Made by a program: the position numbers and the translations under genes. Below are positions 35,020 to 45,181 of a stretch of 64,000 nucleotides of DNA, piece after piece. How positions within the stretch are numbered: the stretch's first letter is position 1; the number at the start of each line of letters is the position of its first letter. Under the pieces are notes generated by a model. The model was not told where the DNA came from, did no database searches, and worked only from the letters and a program-made list of their open reading frames with translations. Origin of the DNA: Schizochytrium sp. TIO01 (lineage: Eukaryota; Protista; Bigyra: Labyrinthulomycetes); contig SMSO01000032.1 of NCBI GenBank assembly GCA_004764695.1, positions 2,232,001 through 2,296,000 on the forward strand, read 5' to 3'.

Positions 35020-37026
35020 ATGATCAACAACGGTGTTAGTCCAGAGCAAGACAACAAAGTCGATGACTCGCGCGATACGCCATCCTCGTCAACCTCGCAG
35101 TCCAGTGAGATGGACAATAGTCCGAATGAAAGCAACAGTAACAACAAGACCATGCCGCTTCCCTCGGAATCTGCTACGAGCTCTGAGGATATCAAAACTG
35201 AGGTGTTCGATGTCGAGGCCGGTCCTCCGGTCATGCGCCATGGAACGAGCTACTTTCCTGAGTTCGAGATGGAGCTTCGTGAATTAAACAGAGATGTCAA
35301 GATCAAAGCAGGTCTCTGTAAATCAGGAGAAAAACGCATTCTGCACAGTGTGAGCGCGCGTTTTGTGTCAGGTGAATTGTGTGCTCTGATGGGCCCCAGT
35401 GGTGCCGGCAAGTCATCACTGCTCTCTACTTTGCAGAATGGCAACGATGCAATGTTCTTGAATGGACAGCCGTTACCCAAACAATACTCACAGATGGTTT
35501 GTGTTATTCCTCAGGCTGACATCCTCTTCCCGGCTCTCACGCCGCGCCAGGCACTTCGCTACGCAGCGGTCCTCAAGCTTCCGGAGAACACCTCCAAAGA
35601 GGAGGTTGAAGAAGTGGTAGACCGTTTAATCAAGGACCTTAACCTCACCAAGTGTAAGGACACCCCTGTAGGTGACGAGAATCGCCGTGGTGTAAGTGGT
35701 GGTGAGCGCAAGCGTGTTTCTATTGGCACCGAGCTTGTCGTGAACCCGAGCATTTTGCTTGTCGACGAGCCCTCGTCTGGTCTTGACTCGACTACTGCTG
35801 AGGGTGTCGTGGATTTACTGCGTCGACTCTGTAAAGAGAACGGCCAGATGGTGATCTGCACAATCCACCAGCCTAGCTACAAGCTTTTTACATCTTTTGA
35901 CAAGCTTCTTATGCTCCACCACGGTCGGGTTGTATACAATGGACTGGCTCATGAACACCTTCACAGCTACTTCAACTCCATTGGCTTCAAAGCTCCTGAA
36001 TTTGAGAACCCCTTAGATTATTATATGCGCGAACTCCAGGCTCGTGATGGAACTGATACTCAATTCTTTGCAAACAAGTGGTTAGAGCTTGACAACTCCA
36101 AACGTGGTGCAATGGATACTCGTCGCCACATCAAGGATAGCGCTGCCGGTGTCTCAACAGAGCAGTTGGAAAGAATCACTGCTAAGAACTCATGGTGGCA
36201 TCAATTTAGCACACTGATTCGCCGCTTCTTTGAAGATACCGTCCGTGATAAGGGCAAGTTTCTTCAAATGCTTGGTATGAAGCTCGCCATTGCTGTCTTG
36301 CTTGGTATTGTTTTTATCAACCAGGCTCGCAAAGACTCGGTGAGCAGTGCTTTCACATCAACCTCACCGCTCTTCTTTTTGGTTATTTCTGCTGTCTTCG
36401 ATACCGCTTTTGCATCAATTCTTGTCATTCCTCTCACTCGTCCATTGCTCGTTCGCGAGTATCGCAACGGTGCATACTGTGTTTCTGCATTATACCTTGC
36501 TCAGGTTCTGAATAATCTTCTCTTTGATATGCTTAGTAGTGTGGCATACTCTGTAGCTGTTCCGATTGTTGGACTATACCCATCAGCACGTCAGTACTTT
36601 CTCTACCTCTTTGGCACTATGCTCATCACTGCTTTTGGTTCAGCTCTTGGGCTTATGCTTGGTAGCACAAGTGCAAATGTTCAGGAGGCTCAGAGTAAGA
36701 TGATTCCCGTCGTCATGCCTCTTTTGCTATTCTGAGGTTTCCTTATTCCTTACTCTGAGATCCCGTTCTACTTTACTTGGCTCTACTACCTCAGTCCATT
36801 CCAATATGCTCTTAGTGGGCTGCTCATCGTTGAGTTCGAAGACCGCACGCTCTACTCCGACGATGGCACGGCAATGACAGGTACAGAGTACCTTGAATCC
36901 CAGGAGCTCAACCCGGATGAGCTTTGGCAGAAATTTGGCATTCTTATTGCTCTTGATGCCTTTATCTACATCGTTGCATTCATCAGCATCAGTATGTCAA
37001 TTCGTAAGCAAGCAAAGAACACCTAA
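35020..37026 (+). CDS. ABCG (White-type) half transporter, paralog 2; in-frame TGA at 36733-36735
   Basis: GPSGAGKS, VSGGERKRVSIG, LLVDEPSSGLDS, TIHQPS. After PLLLF-TGA the same frame continues 96 codons (GFLIPYSEIPFYFTWLYYLSPFQYALS...RKQAKNT*), collinear with paralog 1. 668 aa if read through. Confidence 0.92.
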
Positions 37027-38345
37027 AGACAACGCTAAGAATTTTCCATGCGGCGGCTCGTGTCTCCTTAGAACCTTCTTCTTTGCAGAAACATTAGTTC
37101 TGTGGCGAACGGAGTTGCCTTCAACATGTGTAGTGTAATGAAAAAACCATCTCTCCATTTGATATATGATGCAGCGGTTTCAAAGTTGCATGCGGATGTA
37201 ATCTCCATATGACACCCGCATCTCCGTTGCACTAAATTAAAAATCTTACGACCACAACGTATACCATTGAATATTCACTCATCCGCATTTGACTCTTTGC
37301 TGTGGTCTCCATACCCAAATTCCCCTAAGAAACCCATTAAATTAATTTGTCAGCATGCCCACCCACCCCCCTAAAAAAACTCAGCCTCAGATCAGCTATC
37401 ATAATTTTGCCCAGTCCTTGCCCTGACCATTTACTTATACATATCATTCTCCTTCCTCATTTATATGCACCTTGAGTTACAACGTCCTCAAATACCTGCA
37501 AATCCTCGCAAATATCAACCTCGTAAATCGTACGTTTCCTAGTTCTCCTTCTACATAGTCGAAGTACCTGCTTTCTTCTATATCATAAAATCTCGCCTAG
37601 GTACTTAGTAGTACTTACTCGCTATTAGTCCTACCAAGCGCCCTCCTACTCTAAACTCTAGGAAAGAGTCCCTTCCTCCTGCTCTCGCTACCATGCGCCC
37701 ACCTACCATCAACTATAGAAGTGAGAGTAAGTTAGGAAAGACACGCGACGGACTCGAATGGGATTGCTACAGTTAACCATAGGTAAGGGGCTACCTCCCT
37801 CTGTTATATATCGAGCAGCAGCAATTTGGAGAACTGACTGCGGAGTTGGTCTTTTCCCGCTTTCGCAGCCATGACCTTCGCAGGAGCCTGCTTTTCCCAC
37901 GTCTGAGCTGTGAAGAAGAGCCTCCGGTGCCTCTACTGGGCCTCCCTTCGACCTTCAGAGCCGCCCCTCCACCAGCCTGCATGCAGAGAGAGTTCTTGCG
38001 GAGTTTAGAGGTGGAACGAGCGAGCGAGCGGTCAGACAGACCCGGCACCGGACAGACTTGCAGACAACCCCCCACCACTTCCATGTGTCATACTCTCGAA
38101 ACCATAAATTTAAGGACCTAAAGAGTATAGGGGGTAATATAGAGTTATTTAAGGGCCTATAGACGAATGAATTCTGTGCTCGCCACGAATGAAACAGAAA
38201 GCAGCACGGATAGTGGGGGATAAGGGAAACTCCTAAGGGTAGGAGGTTATCAGAAAAAAAGAAAAGAAACGAAGAAAAAAACCTGGAAAAATAGTACTAG
38301 GTGGGGCAGTAGGTAGGTGGTAGTGTGATATGATATCAAATCGAT

Positions 38346-38346
<1 letters not shown>

Positions 38347-38381
<35 letters not shown>
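38347..38381 (+). repeat. (GATT)n microsatellite, about 9 units
   Basis: Visible directly, upstream of the Tudor-domain gene. Confidence 0.9.
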
Positions 38382-38976
38382 CAAATAGCGAATCAACTAA
38401 GCGATTAATCGATCATTCGGTCAACCAATCGCTTTCTCGCGTTCGTGTGGTTCCGCAATTCTATAACTCGTGGGATAGTTCTCGATTGACAACACAGGTG
38501 AACCATACAACGTCTTGAGCTTCCTCGCTGCGTTGGCCCTGGTTACAGCGCGTAGAACTCAAGTTGAGGACATTTCCTGAGCGGTCAATCGCAAGGTTTT
38601 CCGCCTTTTCTCGCTTTCTTTGTCCTTTTTGCAGAACTATCTTGAGATCCTAAGTACAGTTAGTACTCGAGGATTGGAGGATTCGCAAATACGTTCGAAC
38701 CTATCATCCGTCCGTTCGCCTATCTTGATTGAAGTCTGTGTGTAGAACCTGTGGACGTAGATGTGCATAAATAGCTGCGCGCAAGAATAGAAGAATCTAG
38801 ACTCAAAACCCCAAGTTTAACAAGCGCGTCTCATCCGGACTCTCTGACGATATTTCATCTTGTGTTCTGTGAACTACTGTGTACGATTAGAGTGCTGCGA
38901 AGCGATTAGAGATCAAGAGTTGTGAAGACCTCGCACAGATCTTTAGCGTGTTTTCGGATTGGGAACAGCGCCCAAG

Positions 38977-39453
38977 ATGATGCTCCCACCAGCAGAGGCA
39001 TCTTCAACAACATTTGAATCGTCGTCATCGGTGGAGATTCGCAACGATATGGTGTCGAATGATGACGAAGAGTACGAGCTTGTGCCGCATGTCCTGGAAA
39101 TGCCCGAGAACGATAATGCGGAAACTCACGAGGAGTCCTCTTCAGTCCCGAAGTTGGCCACGAAGCTTGAAACCACGAGAGCACCGCCAATGAAGAAGGA
39201 TGATGAAGGACTAAGCCCTGAAGTTCTTCTGAAGTATGGTGAAAAAGATCCCAAGTTTGCCATGAAGCTTCTGGGTACCCGTGTGGAACTCAAGTGGAGC
39301 AGCGGAAGATGGTATCGGGGCACCATCTGTGAATACAATGAAAACCACAAAAAGCACCACGTCGTATATGATGATGGCGACGAGCGCTGGTATCACCTAA
39401 GCGAAATGATCTTTCGTTTCGTGAAGGACGAGGAAGAGTGGGTCAAGTGCTGA
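38977..39453 (+). CDS. Small protein with acidic disordered N-terminus and C-terminal Tudor domain (PDS5/MSH6 plant-type Tudor)
   Basis: LLGTRVELKW..GRWYRGTICEYNENHKKHHVVYDDGDERWYHL matches the VG.RV.V.W...WY.G.I..Y.....KH.V.YDDGD.E pattern. Confidence 0.8.
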   Translation: MMLPPAEASSTTFESSSSVEIRNDMVSNDDEEYELVPHVLEMPENDNAETHEESSSVPKLATKLETTRAPPMKKDDEGLSPEVLLKYGEKDPKFAMKLLGTRVELKWSSGRWYRGTICEYNENHKKHHVVYDDGDERWYHLSEMIFRFVKDEEEWVKC

Positions 39454-39980
39454 ACAGGCTTGCCGTTGCCCATCGTTGAACATCGCCCCCCTCCCTTTCC
39501 TCGCAAGTTAATCATGCTTGAGGCCTCAACTCCCACAAATTGTTTATATTTACTCAAAACACCAACAGGATAATCACTATACAAGTATGCGGCGCGCTCT
39601 CTGTAGGATACTTTCCAGAAGTCAAACTTCCACTTACTTCTTTAATTAAAGATTTAACAGAATTGGAGCCATCCAATTTAATCAAAATTTTATTGTTATC
39701 TTCCCCTTTTCTCACAGAGTTTTAGTTCTTGTATCAATTGTTAGAGTATCACAAGTATAAATAGACAGTTATGCCTTTCCGAAATCAGTGTTTTGGATAC
39801 TTTTGGCTTGATCTTTAGAAAGATCAGTTGAAAATTGCTCAGTCATCAAATTCTAGATATATGTACTTCCCCAGAAATGGTTCTGGGTATTGCCGCTTGT
39901 CATCCTTCATAGTGGTATACATCAGCACGAATCTTGCTAGAAGCAGAGAAAGAAGCAAAAAGACCTATGTAGAAAAAGGT

Positions 39981-41681
39981 TTAATCTGATTTCATTTCGC
40001 TTCCGAAGTTCATTGTTGGCGAGTGCATATACAAGCCATCTCGAGCAACAAAAATCTTGTTCAATTCTTTGGTAAGGACACTAGCAGATGCAGGGGTCAC
40101 TGAAGAAACACCACGCATATCTAAGAGATCAAGAGTCACAGAACCACTAGGTCGTTTTGCACACGCCTTAGCAATCTCTTCTACGGTCTGATTATCAAAC
40201 TGCTCACAAGATGCCAGGGACAGTTCCGAGAGCAGAGTGAGACGCCGGCATAGATCAACAACACCACGTTGAGTAATTGATATACAATGAGTAAGATTCA
40301 GAGAGCGCAAATGTTCAAGTGAATTTCCCAGTGCATCAAGACCCTCATCTGTAATGCTCATCATGTATCGGAGATTCAGGTGCTCAAGCTTGAGTAAGCG
40401 ACGAGCAAGGACTTCAATTGTTCGGTCTGTGATGAGATGGCAGTTCATCAAATTGAGGTTCACAAGGTTTGTGCATGCGCACACGGTAGGAATAAGAGCT
40501 GCATCGTCCAGCCCAAAGCATTCAGAGAGGTTCAATGAAGCCAGTTTCGGGCATCTTCCACCCATAGGTGCAAGACCTTGACCGGTGAGGCGATGCATAG
40601 ACCACAGACTTAACGTCTCAATCCGAGCTCCACAGCCCTCGAGCAAAGAGGACACAGCATCATCAGTAACAAGATGGAGGTCCTTAGCATGCAACACGCG
40701 TAAACGCTGTAAAGAGGAACCGACCTTGCTTATGCTTTTGTCAGTGAGTTTAACACAGTCACTTACATTCAGAATCTCAAGGTTCTTGCATCTCTCTGTA
40801 ACATTGATTACGCATGTATCAGTAAGCGCCTCTAGACGTTTCAGGCTCAGTGAGACAAGTTCAGGGCAGCTCTCCCCAATTGTAGACAGACTAGTCTCAG
40901 TAAGCAATGTACAAGCACTCAAGTCAAGCCATCGAAGCTGTGGGTTTCCCTTCAGAGCTGGCGATAAAACTTCGTCTGTCATTTGTGAGTATGCACCAAG
41001 GTCGAGTAGAACTAAGTGTGACATAGATCGAGAAAAGACCATATGAAAGAAGTCAAGTGGCATGTTCAGGTAACACGGTACACCCTCGCAATCTGGGACA
41101 CCTACAGAGAATCTTTCAGCAAGACCGTTGACTGTGAGGAAGTCTCTCCACGAACGACAAACAGACATACTGCGTAGACGGTCTGGATGTAGAGGAAGAA
41201 ACGAAAGAATCAAGCGTAGAACATCATCTGTCTCTAACGCCCGGGGCGTTCCAGTAGCGGCGCAGCTTGTTTCGTCCGAGAGGTCATCTGGACAACACCC
41301 GAAACGACGCACCATTCGGAAAGGCCCATTGTATCTTCGTGCATCAATAAATACCGTCGACCCCTCAGGAATTACAGATACCTTCGTCTCTCCATGCAAT
41401 GTGGTGTAGTAAATTTTGAGAACTTTATTCTCATCTGGAATCGGGTCGCCAAAGAGTGCATTGAAGCTCGCCTCGATGCTAAGAACATCACCTTGAGGGG
41501 TGTGATCTACAAGGTCACGCACCTGGGTTGTTACAAATCGCAAGGTTTCTGGCCTCTTTATATCTGCGTCAAGAGTGCCATACGTAGCCTTGCGAATATC
41601 AAGCCTCCCACGGGGAACAGTTCCCTGGTTACTAAACCAGCGTCTCGCCCTCTCTAGATCGGCCATGTCCTTGCAATCCAT
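39981..41681 (-). CDS. F-box/LRR (FBXL-type) protein with N-terminal DUF3395/SUEL-like domain
   Basis: F-box DDVLRLILSFLP...SMSVCRSWR followed by about 12 cysteine-containing LRRs (L..LNLS.C..LTD). N-terminal IRKATYG...VTTQVR...FNALFGDP.P...KVLKIYY. Confidence 0.9.
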   Translation of the reverse strand: MDCKDMADLERARRWFSNQGTVPRGRLDIRKATYGTLDADIKRPETLRFVTTQVRDLVDHTPQGDVLSIEASFNALFGDPIPDENKVLKIYYTTLHGETKVSVIPEGSTVFIDARRYNGPFRMVRRFGCCPDDLSDETSCAATGTPRALETDDVLRLILSFLPLHPDRLRSMSVCRSWRDFLTVNGLAERFSVGVPDCEGVPCYLNMPLDFFHMVFSRSMSHLVLLDLGAYSQMTDEVLSPALKGNPQLRWLDLSACTLLTETSLSTIGESCPELVSLSLKRLEALTDTCVINVTERCKNLEILNVSDCVKLTDKSISKVGSSLQRLRVLHAKDLHLVTDDAVSSLLEGCGARIETLSLWSMHRLTGQGLAPMGGRCPKLASLNLSECFGLDDAALIPTVCACTNLVNLNLMNCHLITDRTIEVLARRLLKLEHLNLRYMMSITDEGLDALGNSLEHLRSLNLTHCISITQRGVVDLCRRLTLLSELSLASCEQFDNQTVEEIAKACAKRPSGSVTLDLLDMRGVSSVTPASASVLTKELNKIFVARDGLYMHSPTMNFGSEMKSD

Positions 41682-42274
41682 ATTTCAAGTGAGCAACTTT
41701 AAAGCAAGCCTAGGAGAGATTGGAGTTTTGCGAACTAAGTTGAGCTCAGCGTTGCTTCGTTGTCGACCCAATCGGGGTTTGCATTGGGACTAGTTCTGCC
41801 GAATGCACCTCAGAGATGCCAAAGACTGCAAGCGCACCATGGTAGTATCTTATTCGGTGCATACTTGAGAGTGATGATGGGAATGAAAAGGATGGGTTGT
41901 TTCCTAGTATCCCATCAAAGTCTTGATACATATTACTGCTAGGACCTCCACGCCCAAGGAAGTGTGCAGGCACAATATAGAAGTACTACTGACGCTAGGT
42001 TCAACTAGTTACCCTTACTAGACCTTGCAAATGAAGTGTTTAGTATGAGTAAAATGAGTGAATGAGAAGAGGAAGAAGAAAGTCAAGCTGCCAAGCGCAG
42101 CGATGAACGATGATAGATGATCCGAATTAGACCAGCAAATCAGAATTGTCTCTGGGAGAGACTGTAGAAAGCGTGGAGGTTTGGAGAGCGCTGATTCTTG
42201 GTTAAGATAGTATTTTTCAAGTGTAGTAAAAACATTAAACTGGGGCTCAGCCAGTCGTTTGTGGTGTCTCAAAG

Positions 42275-43747
42275 ATGGAGCGTGTTCGCGAAGCTGTCGC
42301 AAAGCAAGAGCTCAATCAGGAGGCCATCGGCAACGTTTTGCAGGAAGGTGCCGAGCTTTCGCTTCTTTATGGAGAAACTCCCTTAGAGAGTGTCGAGGGC
42401 GCACTTAAGATTATCAAAGACGCCCCATCTGCATTTGGGGCTCAAGGCAAAGCTCTCCTGGGGGATGGCTCCGAGGTCTTCGTGGATGTTGGCTCTGGTC
42501 GTGGACATGTGGTTCTTGCCGCTGCAGCCTCCATGAAATGGTCCAGGTGTATTGGCATTGAGCTGGAGCAAGCCCATGTCGATGAAGCCAACAAGGCCCT
42601 TGAGACACTTCGCGCAGACTCTGAAGGTGAGGCATCGCAGCCTCTTGCCACCCCAACTTCTGCGATCCAATTCATTTGTGGCGATGCTCTCAACAACGAG
42701 GAGGCTCGCGAGGCTCTCAAAAGTGCTAAGATTGTCTACTGCTTTGATTTGGCCTTTCCCACTCCTGTTCGCCAGCAGCTCGCGGCCCTATTTGCCGAAA
42801 TTCTCCCTGAAAACTGCATCCTCGTAAGCGGTCACTCTGATCCCTTCCCGAGCGCAGCTTTTGCTCCAATGATGCCAGTGCAGACTATCAAGATGGAGTG
42901 GGGCCCTGCGCCGATGCGAGTGTATCGCAAGGGCCCTGGAGGCTACGACCTCTGGCAAGAACAGCACTATGGCCAACTCCAGGCTGCAGGCGTACCAGCA
43001 AGCCTCCATGAAGCGGCTTACCGTAAGATCACCGAGCTCGACTTTGACATTGGCTCCGCCGTACAACTGGCAAGGGCCTCGGAAGATTCTTCAGATCTTT
43101 TTGTTGTATCCACTAAGGACCTCAAAGCAGACGAGGATGTCTTTGTATTGGACCACGCATGGACATTCGCATCTCGTGCAGATGCCGCTGCTTCGCTCGC
43201 TAATGTTCCCGGTCTCTTGGACCGTTTGTGGGATCTTTGCGGGGAGCAAACTGCTGGAATCGAGAAACCCAGTGCCGAGGTTTTGGCTTCGAACCCGGAG
43301 GAGGCTGCTAAGCGCGTGCTCAGTGCAGCTGGCAACCTCTTGGCAAGTTATGTGATTCGCCATGGAGATAAGGAAGATGACATTACCACTGTGTACTATC
43401 TTTTGGATGAGGTTGGATCTCGCATTCGTCGTCGTCGTAGCCCCGTTGCATCTCGCCTTCAGCCCACAGAGGCCAACTTTCGCGTTGTTCCTATCTACTC
43501 CTTTGACTATCGCATGGCGTTTCAGCTGGCATGGCCGGTGACCAGCGTAGAGACTGGCAATGTCCTTGTGGCCGACCATGAGCAAGGTTGGGATCTCAAC
43601 CAGGAGGTAGAGGTGATTGACTCAAGCAAGGAGACTTCCGACTCTTTGCCTGAAATGAAGGAGTTTGCCGCGCAGGCTGCTCTTCGCCAAATGATGGACC
43701 AATCCAGGCAAGAGCAGCAGCAGCAGCAGCAGCAGCAAGAGGAGTAA
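42275..43747 (+). CDS. DOT1-like class I methyltransferase fused to a TTLL12 N-terminal SET-like domain
   Basis: N-half: YGET, FVDVGSGRGHVVL, GIEL, GDAL. C-half: H..QL.AAGVP, RKI...DFDIG, VFVLDHAWTF, VPGLLDRL, YYLLDEVGSRI, AFQLAWP....ETG....D. PolyQ tail. Confidence 0.8.
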   Translation: MERVREAVAKQELNQEAIGNVLQEGAELSLLYGETPLESVEGALKIIKDAPSAFGAQGKALLGDGSEVFVDVGSGRGHVVLAAAASMKWSRCIGIELEQAHVDEANKALETLRADSEGEASQPLATPTSAIQFICGDALNNEEAREALKSAKIVYCFDLAFPTPVRQQLAALFAEILPENCILVSGHSDPFPSAAFAPMMPVQTIKMEWGPAPMRVYRKGPGGYDLWQEQHYGQLQAAGVPASLHEAAYRKITELDFDIGSAVQLARASEDSSDLFVVSTKDLKADEDVFVLDHAWTFASRADAAASLANVPGLLDRLWDLCGEQTAGIEKPSAEVLASNPEEAAKRVLSAAGNLLASYVIRHGDKEDDITTVYYLLDEVGSRIRRRRSPVASRLQPTEANFRVVPIYSFDYRMAFQLAWPVTSVETGNVLVADHEQGWDLNQEVEVIDSSKETSDSLPEMKEFAAQAALRQMMDQSRQEQQQQQQQQEE

Positions 43748-44218
43748 GAACACTATTGGGGTAACAGAAAACAAAACTTATTCCAGGAAGCTTGCGCACA
43801 TCTGAACCTTCAGTAAATTATACATAGACAAAGCTGATCCTCTGCTGGAGGAAGTGCAACATTGTTTCGTCGGATCTGCGCTCCCTTCTAGTTGTTAGCT
43901 ACGATATAGACAAGATTAAAAATGAAAGAAGAACTTTTAAATTTTTGAGTTATCAAATCATTTTTCACATTGAATAAAGCTCCTTCAGTGCCTCTTTGAC
44001 CATCACTTTCATGGCACCAGGTGGAGAAACTCCGCAGAGTGAGAGACCTCGATGTTTAAAAAGACAACGATGACAAAGAAAAAACCGTCGACCTTATTGT
44101 ATTTCATTGATTGATTATACTAGAGGCAAAGATCTTTGGTCAGGTACCAAGAGAGGTGGGTTCAAAGCACCAAGTGTTAGCTTGGTGGAAAGCTATACTA
44201 TTATTATGATTTGGATAC

Positions 44219-45181
44219 TTAGGGTCCAATGGCCGCGTTGACGACCTGAGGTATTTTCACAAGGTTCCGCTTGGTGTCATGGAGGAACACGATCTCGAAC
44301 TCCGATTCGATCAGGACCTGGTTATCTGCCACGCGGATTAAAGACTGCGAGATGCTGACGACGTACTCGGAGGGATCAGCCTTACGGTTGCGTTTCGTGA
44401 CGATTCGCAGGTCCTCATAGGGGCGAGCTCCATACTTGTAGGTGACCTTGGCTCTGCGCACGACAGGAACTGCTTGCTCCTGGTTCTTGGCCTCGAGAAG
44501 AACCTCAGGGCTAAGATATTGGGTGCGCGCACGCTCGAACCAAAAGTAGTAGTTTGGGTGGAAAGCAATGCCGGTGAAGTCAGTGTCAGCCATGTGGATG
44601 TGGTAATCAAAGTTAGCGACCTTGGCAGAGGCCTCGGCGACGGCATCGCGTGGAGCTGGTTTCTTGCGCATGGGAGGGCGCTTCTTGGTACCAGGCTTAT
44701 CGAGGAAGGAAAAGTTCTTCTTGCACTCGTCGAAGAAGCCCATAAGCTCTACAACAAATGAAGGTGCCTTGACGAGCTGGAACGTCTTGCTGACGACAAC
44801 CATCTCCACGAACCCAGCAACAAGCAGGGTATTGTCACTCTTGCGCCAGATACTCTGATCAAAATGCACGCGGAATGGACCATCGAGAAAGGGAATTGTT
44901 CGCACCTCGAGATCGTCTCCATAACGACCAGGGGACTTGAACAGAAGGTCAGAGCGAGTTACCACGAAGGAGTTTCCGTTGTATGCGTAAAGGTCTGCAA
45001 GAAACTGTACAGAGATCACACTCTCACGGCCTCGCTCGAACCAAGTCAAGTAGTTGCGATAGAAGACAATGCCGAGAGTGTCCGTGTCCTCCCTGTAGAC
45101 AGTGACGTCGAGTGCGTTGTAACCCGTCTCACGGGCCGCTTTGAGAGCCTCATAGTCGAGGCGAGGTTCTGGGGCGCTCAT
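44219..45181 (-). CDS. Double-hotdog acyl-CoA thioesterase (two YbgC/4HBT-like domains)
   Basis: Two copies of the motif: VYREDTDTLGIVFYRNYLTWFERGR and IHMADTDFTGIAFHPNYYFWFERART. Confidence 0.9.
   Translation of the reverse strand: MSAPEPRLDYEALKAARETGYNALDVTVYREDTDTLGIVFYRNYLTWFERGRESVISVQFLADLYAYNGNSFVVTRSDLLFKSPGRYGDDLEVRTIPFLDGPFRVHFDQSIWRKSDNTLLVAGFVEMVVVSKTFQLVKAPSFVVELMGFFDECKKNFSFLDKPGTKKRPPMRKKPAPRDAVAEASAKVANFDYHIHMADTDFTGIAFHPNYYFWFERARTQYLSPEVLLEAKNQEQAVPVVRRAKVTYKYGARPYEDLRIVTKRNRKADPSEYVVSISQSLIRVADNQVLIESEFEIVFLHDTKRNLVKIPQVVNAAIGP

Noticed and set aside
24915-41693. Shared 12-mer CTCACTTGAAAT upstream of EMG1 and the F-box gene, resembling an oomycete Inr/FPR core promoter
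   Set aside because: Many 12-mer matches are expected by chance in 64 kb, and the distances to the ATG are inconsistent.
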